Below, piece by piece: positions 55,643-64,000 of a stretch of DNA of 64,000 nt. Under the pieces are notes generated by a model. The model searched no databases. It worked only from the letters and a program-made list of their open reading frames with translations, and had not been told where the DNA came from. Source of the DNA: Bacteroidales bacterium (GTDB lineage: Bacteria; Bacteroidota; Bacteroidia; Bacteroidales; UBA4417); contig JAURYB010000015.1 of assembly GCA_030654075.1 (NCBI GenBank), positions 1,644-65,643 of the forward strand, written 5' to 3'. The stretch's first letter is position 1; every line of letters begins with the position of its first letter. Made by a program: the position numbers and the translations under genes.

Positions 55643-56830
55643 TTAAATATACCTGATCTTCACTTCTTTAAGAAATTTCTCCTCAAGAGTACGCTTGATT
55701 CGCTTCACAACTGTTCTCCTGATTTCAAGATCAACAGGTAGGTTGGGATCCTGGTGAGCAATATTAATTCGGGTGCCAATAATAAAATGAATTTCATCAC
55801 TATCAAGCAGAAGCCGAACAATCTGGTCAGCAGGTCCTTTCCCGAGTTTTAGCCTGGGAGAATATTTTTTCAATAAATCTGAAACTTTACCCAGAGTAAG
55901 AATTCCTTCAGTAACCAGGTCAATGCCTTCCATAAAGGAAATGGGCGGCAAATCGGGATCATCAAATTCAAAACTGTCAACTATAGGTAATTCCAACTGT
56001 CTTGAAACAATATCTCCGGTTGTTGCGCCACAAATTATCTTTTTACCTTCGAATTGTTTAACGGCTTCACCTAAAGTAACATCATTCACTTCTTCATACG
56101 GAGGACCGGTGCATAACAATAGCTTGCGGGGATCGCGGAAGTAAATAACGGCGCAGGATGTATCATCTTTCGGATGATAATTATCATTGATATTTGCCAT
56201 ATTTACTACTTTGGCGGCCAATTGAGTGGCTGAAATAGTTAAATCGGCACTAACCAGATGATGCACATATTGTTCAAGATTCTCGATGCCCCAGCCAAAT
56301 GGGAATTTTGGGCTGCCCATCCCTGATTGCGGTACTCCGTCAGAGCAAATAATGATCCTGTCTTCTTTCTGATGCTTGAATGAGCAGGTTCTGAGTTCTT
56401 TACCCGCATTTTTTTCCGAATCAAGTGTGATATACTTCCAGCCCGGATCAATTTGTGTATTTCCGCGTAAAACGATTGTTTGTGGGTTATCGTATTCGAG
56501 TATTCTTGTCTCCCCGTCAATATCAATATCCGCGATCGTAAATGTGGAATAGCTCATCTGCCGCTCGCTGCAAACTGGCAAAGTGTTCATAATTATCTCG
56601 GCAATTTTCTTAACATCTTTATGCTCTTCGGCAAATTTCAAGGCCATTGTAGCTGTTAAGGTTGAAAGCATACTGGCTTTCACGCCGTGTCCCATGCCAT
56701 CCGAAAGTACGGCAATGATTCTGTTTTCCTCATAAATACGTTGTGAAAGAAACTTATCTCCGCATATCCGTTCCAGGTCGTGATTCTTCTGCACGGTATT
56801 TACTTCTACATAAAATTGCCCTTCACTCAT
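55643..56830 (-). CDS. SpoIIE/PP2C-type protein phosphatase with an uncharacterised C-terminal domain
   Basis: ICGDKF...IAVLSDGMGHGVKASMLS...IIICSDG are SpoIIE-type metal-binding motifs. 395 aa. Last gene of the sensory hydrogenase operon. Confidence 0.8.
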   Translation of the reverse strand: MSEGQFYVEVNTVQKNHDLERICGDKFLSQRIYEENRIIAVLSDGMGHGVKASMLSTLTATMALKFAEEHKDVKKIAEIIMNTLPVCSERQMSYSTFTIADIDIDGETRILEYDNPQTIVLRGNTQIDPGWKYITLDSEKNAGKELRTCSFKHQKEDRIIICSDGVPQSGMGSPKFPFGWGIENLEQYVHHLVSADLTISATQLAAKVVNMANINDNYHPKDDTSCAVIYFRDPRKLLLCTGPPYEEVNDVTLGEAVKQFEGKKIICGATTGDIVSRQLELPIVDSFEFDDPDLPPISFMEGIDLVTEGILTLGKVSDLLKKYSPRLKLGKGPADQIVRLLLDSDEIHFIIGTRINIAHQDPNLPVDLEIRRTVVKRIKRTLEEKFLKEVKIRYI

Positions 56831-56867
56831 TTTTTTTGTTTTACAGCGATTTGTTGTGTGAAATTTT

Positions 56868-56896
56868 GTTTCAGGTTTCTTGTTTCAAGTTTCATG
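56868..56896. repeat. heptamer array (GTTTCNN)x4
   Basis: gtttcag gtttctt gtttcaa gtttcat. Contains GTTTCAGGTTTC, the reverse complement of the 12-mer at 57437-57448. Confidence 0.8.
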
Positions 56897-56933
56897 TTAT
56901 CAAAGCCTGGCATTTGACGTTTCTCCTGAATAT

Positions 56934-57332
56934 TTACACTAAATAAATTTCTTTTTTTAATCCTTGAATTTCTGATTTATGCAAGTATGTGATCAGATTT
57001 GAGATTTGACCAGAAAGATTCAGGCAATCAGTAATCAATTCATTATATTTAAGTTCAGATAAATAGCCGGAATCAAAGCAACGATGGATCTGCGATCTTG
57101 TTTCGCCTAGTGAGCCTTTTGAGATATACAGAAATTGTGTAAATTCCTTATTGCCATCTCTTTCGAACCCTTCAGCAATAGTATCCATTACTGAGCCACT
57201 GGAGCGTAGAATCTGATCTTTTAAAGCATAATCTTTCTGAAGTACTGTTGTATTAATAATTTCCCTGATTTTCTTGCATAGTTCCCGGGCATTTTTCCAT
57301 AGATCGAGATCCTCAAATTTTCGGATTGTCAT
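56934..57332 (-). CDS. four-helix-bundle protein (23S rRNA intervening-sequence protein / Avd-like family)
   Basis: DLDLWKNARELCKKI...LRSSGSVMDTIAEGFER...KEFTQFLYISKGSLGETRSQI is the characteristic pattern of this family. 132 aa. Confidence 0.85.
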   Translation of the reverse strand: MTIRKFEDLDLWKNARELCKKIREIINTTVLQKDYALKDQILRSSGSVMDTIAEGFERDGNKEFTQFLYISKGSLGETRSQIHRCFDSGYLSELKYNELITDCLNLSGQISNLITYLHKSEIQGLKKEIYLV

Positions 57333-57431
57333 TTTGATTTTCTTAAATTAATAGTACTCGGGTAATGTTGTTTTTATCGACTTATTTAATTTTACAAATC
57401 AGTAAATTATTGAATTTCAAAAACCTGAAAC

Positions 57432-57459
57432 CTGAAACTTAAAACCCTTTTTTTATTCT
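57432..57459. repeat. heptamer array (AACCTGA type)x4
   Basis: aacctga aacctga aacttaa aaccctt. Confidence 0.8.
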
Positions 57460-59309
57460 TTACTCTTATGCGATTCAATAATCGAATTCAGCATTTTCTC
57501 GGTTTTTGCCGCTCCTTCACCTAAAAGGAATGCGATCTGCTGTACTAAATCAAGGTTTTGTTCTATAACTTCAGTAACACGATTTATAACTTCTTCTTTA
57601 CGCACCTCAGGCATATACATATCCCTTATTACGGCACCAACAATTTTATTTTTCTTAATGCTGAATATGGTCACATTCAACAACTTATCATTTAAATGCA
57701 CATCACGCCCGATTACATCATCATTGCTGCTGATCACATAAGCAAACAATTTATAAAACTGAACCGGAAGCAACGTCTTCAGATCGGCGCCTAACAACCC
57801 GGGAATAATTTCGTTTATTTCTGCTGCTTCTTCGCCTAAAATGGTTACAAAGCTTTCATTAGACCCGATAATTTTCATGTTATCGTCTACAATTACAACA
57901 GCTGTTGGCAGCTTATGCAACATAGTTTGGGAAGTTTCAAGAGCTTCCTGGGCTAACTGTTTTTCCGCCAGAGCCCTTTTCTCGGAGTTTTGCAGCGCCT
58001 GCTGGGTTTTGGCCAGTTTATCGTTGCTGTGTTTAAGCGAACGGATGTATTCCTGTTTGCTTTTTAATGAGTGCATAATGCACATATCAGGCCTGGTTAT
58101 TCCATTGGCAACATCAATGGCAAAATCGCGGCATGTTTCATATCCGCATGCTTTGCATCCCAGGTTTTCAGCATTCTCATTTTTCTCAATTATTTTCAGT
58201 ACCTCTTCAACTTTTTCTTCCGGTGGATCTGGCATCCGTTGATTGTTAGCCTTAAATTCACGTTTGAAATCAAGATTCTGAAATTGTTTCAGGTCATGGT
58301 TCCATTTTGCCATGTTAAAGTCCTTCAGCCTTTTTGCTGCGTAAACTCTGGTAAGGGTTTGCCGGTTATATTTTTTGCCCCCCGGTTTCATTCCCGGACC
58401 CATCATGCAGCCTTCGCAATAGAACATGTTAAAATGCTTCTGGATGTAATCAATACCTTGCTCAAACTGGTTAATTGCTGCCAGTATCCTGTCTTTCCCA
58501 TCGGCTGTAACTACTGTTCCCGAAAGCAAATCCTGGTTGAGACCGGCTGCCTGAATAATTCCGGTGCTAATCGGGTATAGATATCCTTTATATCCGCGGG
58601 GTTCGTCAAACTCCGAAAATTCAATGGTACTTTCTTTAATACCGTTCTGATCGAACATTTCGCGTAATTCGGCAAAAGTTAAAACTTCATCAACTTTTGA
58701 ATTGCCTTCAAACCTGTCAGCTTCTTCTTTTGCTCCAATGCATGGGCCTATGAAAACCACTTTTATTTCGGGACCATACAATTCCCTCAACACTTTGGTA
58801 TTCGCGATCATTGGATTCACAATAGGAGCAAGGTTATCAATGAGCTGCGGAAAGTACTTTTCGACCAACGAAACAATAGGAGGACAATTAGTAAGTATAT
58901 AATATTTACCTAAAAAGTTTGACACCAGTTCGTTATATTCTTTTGCAACCAGGTCGACTCCGAAAGCCACATCATGAACATAATCAAACCCCATTTCGTG
59001 CAACATTCTCACAAATTTCCGGTAATCGGTTATATCATCGAATTCGGCCGAAATACCAGGATCAATCAATGCAACAACTTTGAATTCAGATTTCAGCAGA
59101 CTATTTACTGCTGGTTTGGAATCATAGTATTTTATTGCCCTGGGCGAACATACTTCAAGGCAACTTCCACAACCGATGCATTTGTCAGGCTGAATATACG
59201 GGATATCACCGGAAGGTCGGAGCTCAATTGCTTTAACCGGGCACACCCGGACACAGGCATAGCAAACCTTACATTTATCTTCTTCTATAAAAACGAGAGG
59301 TGCTTGCAT
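57453..59309 (-). CDS. sensory-type [FeFe]-hydrogenase homologue (group C, HydS-like) with PAS domain
   Basis: Two N-terminal CxxCxxCxxxCP ferredoxin motifs. Variant H-cluster motifs TNCPP, GPCIGAKEE and CEGCMMGPG. Then CKACGYETC-x16-C (Cx2Cx4Cx16C) and a C-terminal PAS-like domain. Confidence 0.85.
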   Translation of the reverse strand: MQAPLVFIEEDKCKVCYACVRVCPVKAIELRPSGDIPYIQPDKCIGCGSCLEVCSPRAIKYYDSKPAVNSLLKSEFKVVALIDPGISAEFDDITDYRKFVRMLHEMGFDYVHDVAFGVDLVAKEYNELVSNFLGKYYILTNCPPIVSLVEKYFPQLIDNLAPIVNPMIANTKVLRELYGPEIKVVFIGPCIGAKEEADRFEGNSKVDEVLTFAELREMFDQNGIKESTIEFSEFDEPRGYKGYLYPISTGIIQAAGLNQDLLSGTVVTADGKDRILAAINQFEQGIDYIQKHFNMFYCEGCMMGPGMKPGGKKYNRQTLTRVYAAKRLKDFNMAKWNHDLKQFQNLDFKREFKANNQRMPDPPEEKVEEVLKIIEKNENAENLGCKACGYETCRDFAIDVANGITRPDMCIMHSLKSKQEYIRSLKHSNDKLAKTQQALQNSEKRALAEKQLAQEALETSQTMLHKLPTAVVIVDDNMKIIGSNESFVTILGEEAAEINEIIPGLLGADLKTLLPVQFYKLFAYVISSNDDVIGRDVHLNDKLLNVTIFSIKKNKIVGAVIRDMYMPEVRKEEVINRVTEVIEQNLDLVQQIAFLLGEGAAKTEKMLNSIIESHKSKE

Positions 59310-59519
59310 CTTTTAAGTTTATTGAATTCGTATTCTTAAATTATATGTACCTGTTTATTAGTTATGGAATAGTTAATGGGAAATGGTAATTCGTGGCTGG
59401 CGATTTGTGGCTTTTGAACATCCAGTCTTAAACTTTGTACTTCGGATTCCTTCTGGTATTTGGCTTCACTCACCCACTTTCAGCAACTATCGATCAATAC
59501 ATTGAAACCTGAAACCCTT

Positions 59520-59780
59520 TCATTTCTCAACTGTCTCAAAAAACTCGTCCAGAACAGCAACCACAGTTTCTTCATCCAGTCTTTCCTTCAGTATTCCATC
59601 AAGTTTAAGCGATGGTCCGGCAGCACATTGGCCAAAACACCTTTCGCCATGAAAACGTACTTCATTCAGCAGGTTACGGTCGCGAAGGTAATCATTAACA
59701 ATTTTCACTAATTGTTTATTGCCCCTTGCAAAGCAAGAACTTCCGAGGCAAATAACAACTTCTTTCTTTTTGATTTCCAT
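59520..59780 (-). CDS. thioredoxin-like [2Fe-2S] ferredoxin
   Basis: 86 aa. CLGSSCFARG...CFGQCAAGP cysteine pattern of NuoE-type 2Fe-2S proteins. Confidence 0.7.
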   Translation of the reverse strand: MEIKKKEVVICLGSSCFARGNKQLVKIVNDYLRDRNLLNEVRFHGERCFGQCAAGPSLKLDGILKERLDEETVVAVLDEFFETVEK

Positions 59781-59975
59781 TGTTCAGGATATTCTGTTTT
59801 TCAGTCTGCAACAGGTAAATGTTTCATTCAGAAAACAAATATAGATATAATTGGATATCAAAAATCACTGTTAATGGAATAACATTGTTATTTTTTTCAC
59901 AATATATGCTAGTTATTAAAAACCAAAACATTATTTTTGTACTCAGCAATATGGCAATTTAATTTTTATCAGCAT

Positions 59976-60437
59976 ATGCAGGCCTCTCTCGACGAAATTA
60001 TCAGCAGGTATAAAGCAGGATCGCGTGAATCATTATTGCCCTTGCTTCAGGACATTCAAATTGAATTTGGATACCTGAATGAAGAAGCAATCCTGAGGGT
60101 TGGACAACATATTAAACTCCCTTCGAGCAAAGTTTATGGTATTGCAACGTTCTACGATCAGTTCAGGTTTGTTCAGAAAGGGAAATTTCATTTCAAAGTT
60201 TGCCGTGGAACTTCCTGCCATATGCACGGTTCATTAAGCATTTTACGTGAGGTTGAACGAGTGCTTAATCTGAAAGAAGGCCAAACCTCGCGTGACGGAC
60301 GATTTAGTCTCGAAGCTGTTAGTTGTATGGGAGCTTGCGGATCGGCGCCGGTGATGAATGTAAATGGTGAATTCAAGACAGCAATTGCGATTCAGGACAT
60401 TGCTCAAATAATCAATTTTTACAGAAGTACTATTTAA
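59976..60437 (+). CDS. nuoE: NuoE-like 2Fe-2S subunit of NAD(P)H-dependent [FeFe]-hydrogenase (HydC-type)
   Basis: CRGTSCHMHG...CMGACGSAP. ATG at 59976 is preferred over the upstream TTG. Confidence 0.85.
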   Translation: MQASLDEIISRYKAGSRESLLPLLQDIQIEFGYLNEEAILRVGQHIKLPSSKVYGIATFYDQFRFVQKGKFHFKVCRGTSCHMHGSLSILREVERVLNLKEGQTSRDGRFSLEAVSCMGACGSAPVMNVNGEFKTAIAIQDIAQIINFYRSTI

Positions 60438-60452
60438 CTCCGGCTTTACTCC

Positions 60453-62384
60453 ATGGACGAGAAAAAATTCTTAATTGAAAAAGTACTTGCAGTCAAAGCA
60501 GACCTTACTCAGCGCGAAGTAATTGATGCATTGGCCCTTCTCAGGCATGATACTGTAAATATTCCTGTAGTTTATATTGGATCAGGTACTTGCGGTAAAG
60601 TTGCAGGAGCCAATGATACATTTGTTGCAGTAAACAGATATCTTGAAGAGAAAAATATTAAGGCTGAAGTTGTACAGGTAGGTTGCATTGGGCTTTGTTC
60701 ATATGAGCCACTCGTTGATATTCAGTTGCCGGGGAAAGCCAGGATATCATTCAAAAGTATAACCCATGAACGGGTTGAAACTTTGCTGGATGATATTTTT
60801 AACAGTGAGGTTCCTACCGAAAATGTTTTAGGTCAGTTCAATAACAAGCGACATAACAGGTGGAATAATGTGCCATTAATCAATGAGTTGCCGTTTTTCA
60901 GATTGCAGCATCGTGTCGTTTTGGCAAATTGTGGCGTCAGTAATCCTGATTCAATATCTGATTATATTGCCCGTGGTGGTTATCAGACTTACCTGAAATG
61001 TATTCGTAATTACACCAGCGAAAAAATATGTAATATAGTCGATCAGAGTGGGTTGCGTGGAAGGGGAGGTGGTGGATATCTTACCGGTGAGAAATGGATG
61101 ATGGCTCATAATACGGTAAGTGATCAGAAATACCTTATATGTAATGCTGCTGAAAGTGATCCAGGGGCATTTATGGACCGTGCTGTTATCGAAGGAGATC
61201 CACACTTACTGCTCGAAGGAATAGCAATAACCGCTTATGCTATTGGGGCAACCAAAGCATATATTTATGTGATGGATGAATATAGCCAGGCTTATTTCAT
61301 GCTGAATCAGGCCATCAATCAATTGAAAGACTTTGGATTTATTGGTTACAACATATTCGAAAGTGGTGTTGATTTTAAAATAACTCTGGTAAAAGGACCG
61401 GGCGCGTTTGTTTGTGGTGAAGAAACGGCTCTGATTAACAGCATTGAAGGGAAACGTGGTATGCCAAGGCCGAAACCGCCTTATCCCGCGATTGAAGGAC
61501 TATTTGGTAAACCAACTGTAATTAATAATGTTGAAACACTTGCAAATATTCCCTTTATACTTCGTCATGGTCCTCTGCATTTTAATGAAATAGGTATTCC
61601 GGAAGCCAGAGGCACCAAAGTCTTTGCAATTTCAGGCAAAGCAATGATAACCGGGCTGGTTGAAGTACCAATGGGTACCAGTATCAGGGATATCATTTTT
61701 AAAATTGCCGGAGGTGTTAAAGATGGAAAGGATTTTAAAGCTGTTCAGATTGGCGGGCCATCCGGCAGTTGCCTTCCTGCATCTCAACTTGATCTCACAG
61801 TTGGCTACGAATCATTATGGAGCGAGGGCGCAATAATTGGTTCAGGTGGAATGATTGTGATGGATGAAGATACCTGTATGGTGGATATTGCCAAGTTTTT
61901 CATGAATTTTCTTCAAAAAGAAAGTTGTGGAAAATGTATCCCATGCCGTGAAGGAACAAGGCGAATACACGAAATACTTGAAAACATAACCCGCAGGCCA
62001 ACCGGTGAATCAGGATTTGAAGTTCTCGAAAGGTTTAAAGGGATAATCCAATTGGCTGATCTTTCAGAAGTTATCCGGGATACATCCCTTTGTGGATTGG
62101 GACAAACCGCACCTAATCCTTTGTTAAGCGCTATGAAATGGTTCAGAGACGAGTTTGAAGAACATGTTTTCGATCGTAAATGCAGGGCTGGCGTTTGTAA
62201 AGAATTACGCTTGTTTTATATAGATGTGGATAAATGTATCGGATGTGTTGCCTGCCTCCGCAAATGTCCTTCGAATGCAATAGTAGGGCAACCACGACAA
62301 CCTCATTTTATAATTGAGGAAAAATGTATCGGGTGTGGAATTTGCTTTGATGTTTGCAAGTTTGTGGCGGTAAAATTGAAATAA
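60453..62384 (+). CDS. nuoF: NuoF-like FMN/NADH-binding subunit (HydB-type) with C-terminal 2x[4Fe-4S] ferredoxin domain
   Basis: GLRGRGGGGYLTGEKW (FMN), ESCGKCIPCREG (N3 cluster), CIGCVACLRKCP and CIGCGICFDVC. Confidence 0.9.
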   Translation: MDEKKFLIEKVLAVKADLTQREVIDALALLRHDTVNIPVVYIGSGTCGKVAGANDTFVAVNRYLEEKNIKAEVVQVGCIGLCSYEPLVDIQLPGKARISFKSITHERVETLLDDIFNSEVPTENVLGQFNNKRHNRWNNVPLINELPFFRLQHRVVLANCGVSNPDSISDYIARGGYQTYLKCIRNYTSEKICNIVDQSGLRGRGGGGYLTGEKWMMAHNTVSDQKYLICNAAESDPGAFMDRAVIEGDPHLLLEGIAITAYAIGATKAYIYVMDEYSQAYFMLNQAINQLKDFGFIGYNIFESGVDFKITLVKGPGAFVCGEETALINSIEGKRGMPRPKPPYPAIEGLFGKPTVINNVETLANIPFILRHGPLHFNEIGIPEARGTKVFAISGKAMITGLVEVPMGTSIRDIIFKIAGGVKDGKDFKAVQIGGPSGSCLPASQLDLTVGYESLWSEGAIIGSGGMIVMDEDTCMVDIAKFFMNFLQKESCGKCIPCREGTRRIHEILENITRRPTGESGFEVLERFKGIIQLADLSEVIRDTSLCGLGQTAPNPLLSAMKWFRDEFEEHVFDRKCRAGVCKELRLFYIDVDKCIGCVACLRKCPSNAIVGQPRQPHFIIEEKCIGCGICFDVCKFVAVKLK

Positions 62385-62552
62385 TTTGATAATTAGCTAA
62401 TTAGATAATGTGATAATGCGAAAATGGTATAATTTGAGTAGTTGGTAATTGATTAAATCAAAATCTTTCAAATCAAGGTTTTGTCTGAAATTAGCACATT
62501 ATCACATTAATAAATTAACGCATTTCATTCAATTGAATATATCAAAAAAAGT

Positions 62553-64000
62553 ATGTTATTCGATATAGAGGTTAACGGTAAGACCATTAAAGCCAGGCGG
62601 GAGGATACCTTGCTTATGGCGTTGGAGCGGAATGGAATAAAAGTTCCGACTCTGTGTCATATCAAGGATTTACTGCCATCAGGCGCGTGCCGTATGTGTG
62701 TGGTTGAAGTTGAAGGCAGGCAGGGACTAATTCCCGCTTGTTCGCATCCCGTTGAGGAATGGATGAAAGTCCATACTCACTCGCCACGCGTAATCAAAGC
62801 CCGCAAAACAAATACCGAATTATTACTTAGTAATCATCCTGATGACTGCCTGTATTGCGAACGTAACGGCAATTGTGAGCTGCAGAAACTGGCCGAAGAT
62901 CTTAATGTCCGTGAACGACGTTTCTATGGCAAAAAAAATAAGTACAAAACTGATCCTTCGAGTGCCAGTTTATTACGCGATCCGGCTAAGTGTATTCTAT
63001 GCGGACGATGCATCAGGGTTTGTGAAGAAATACAAAAAATAACAGCTCTTGAATTCATCGGTCGTGGAAACAAAACACAGGTAGGCCCGGCTTTCAATAA
63101 AGGAATGAACCTTTCCAGTTGCATCAATTGCGGGCAATGTGTAATGGTTTGTCCTACAGGTGCACTGGCTGAAAAGCAATATCCGGCCTTGCTTCAGGAT
63201 GCGCTTCATAACCCGGCGGTGAAAACGGTAATTCAATGTTCACCGACACTTTCGGTTACGCTTGCCGAAGAATTTGGTTTGCGTGCAGGTAAAGATATTG
63301 AAGGTGTTATGTATGCAGCCTTACGAAAACTTGGATTTGACTTTGTATTTGATACTTCGTTTGGCGCAGACTTAATGATCACTGAACAGGCAAATGAATT
63401 TTACAATAGATTGAAGAATGGCAAAATGCTTCCCATGTTTTCAAGTTGCTGCCCTGCCTGGATCAAATATGCGGAACAAACTCATCCTGATTTGCTTGAA
63501 AATGTATCAGCCTGTAAATCACCGCAACAGATGCTGGGGGCTCTGGTGTCCAATCACTTCGCGCCTATAGTCGGGATGTCAGCGAATGATATTTACTCTG
63601 TATCGGCTATGCCATGTATCGCCAAGAAATTTGAATCACAGCGTGAGCAAATGACCCACAAAGGAATTGCCGATGTTGACCTTGTGCTTACAACCCGTGA
63701 ACTTGCCAGGTTAATTCGATTAAATGGAATTGATATTGAGCAGGTTGACCCTGAATTATCCGATCAGCCTTACCAATCGCGGAGTACTGCAGGTAAGATG
63801 CTTGCTGTAAGTGGCGGACTTACCGAAGCAATGATCCGAACGCTTCATTTCCTGATTACAGGTAAGGAAACCACCCAGTTAAAAATTCAGGAACTCAGAT
63901 CGGGTAAAGGACGCAAGGAATATTTCGTGAAAATTGCTGAGTATAAACTCGGATTTGCTGTTGTGAACGGCATTGGTAATGTCGAACCTTTAATTTCCGA
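62553..64000 (+). CDS. hydA: [FeFe]-hydrogenase catalytic subunit (HydA), 3' end outside the window
   Basis: Hand translation gives MLFDIEVNGKTIKA...CRMCVVEV (2Fe-2S), CILCGRCIRVC / CINCGQCVMVCP. H-cluster motifs FSSCCPAW (L1) and MPCIAKKFE (L2) are present. L3 lies beyond base 64000. Confidence 0.9.
   Translation, partial: MLFDIEVNGKTIKARREDTLLMALERNGIKVPTLCHIKDLLPSGACRMCVVEVEGRQGLIPACSHPVEEWMKVHTHSPRVIKARKTNTELLLSNHPDDCLYCERNGNCELQKLAEDLNVRERRFYGKKNKYKTDPSSASLLRDPAKCILCGRCIRVCEEIQKITALEFIGRGNKTQVGPAFNKGMNLSSCINCGQCVMVCPTGALAEKQYPALLQDALHNPAVKTVIQCSPTLSVTLAEEFGLRAGKDIEGVMYAALRKLGFDFVFDTSFGADLMITEQANEFYNRLKNGKMLPMFSSCCPAWIKYAEQTHPDLLENVSACKSPQQMLGALVSNHFAPIVGMSANDIYSVSAMPCIAKKFESQREQMTHKGIADVDLVLTTRELARLIRLNGIDIEQVDPELSDQPYQSRSTAGKMLAVSGGLTEAMIRTLHFLITGKETTQLKIQELRSGKGRKEYFVKIAEYKLGFAVVNGIGNVEPLIS

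Overview
This 64 kb window looks like a chromosomal segment of a Bacteroidota-type anaerobe. Evidence for that placement: TAnnTTTG -7 promoter boxes, a CarboxypepD_reg-type TonB-dependent receptor, YfhO and DUF4834-like genes, and an XRE-HTH/S24 LexA-like regulator. Most genes are ordinary housekeeping. They include a glycan-biosynthesis cluster (1-6.9 kb), rpmH, pepD, rsmG, miaA, ychF, thyA/folA, an ornithine carbamoyltransferase plus carbamate kinase pair, mtaB, lgt, an IMPase, NfeD, LemA and mntP. At the 3' end sits an electron-bifurcating-type [FeFe]-hydrogenase locus (NuoE/NuoF-like subunits and HydA, truncated by the window). It is divergent from a sensory (group C, HydS-like) hydrogenase operon with a PP2C phosphatase. 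Accessory content comprises three type II toxin-antitoxin pairs (RES-Xre, MazEF-like, VapBC), a co-directional SWIM-SNF2 helicase plus UvrD-like helicase pair, and a Y-family polymerase/DnaE2 mutagenesis cassette. It also includes a DUF559 endonuclease gene nested between two copies of a G5/C5-hairpin terminal-inverted-repeat element, one IS4-family IS with perfect inverted repeats and a 10-bp target duplication, and two decayed genes (a porin and a GNAT-like gene). The most unusual sequence-level signal is non-coding: many intergenic spacers consist of period-7 tandem arrays, often as inverted pairs, and small selfish-looking genes and the IS sit inside or between such arrays. I found no tRNA, rRNA or CRISPR array and no recognisable complete known defence system. 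All functional calls rest on motif recognition by eye, not database searches.
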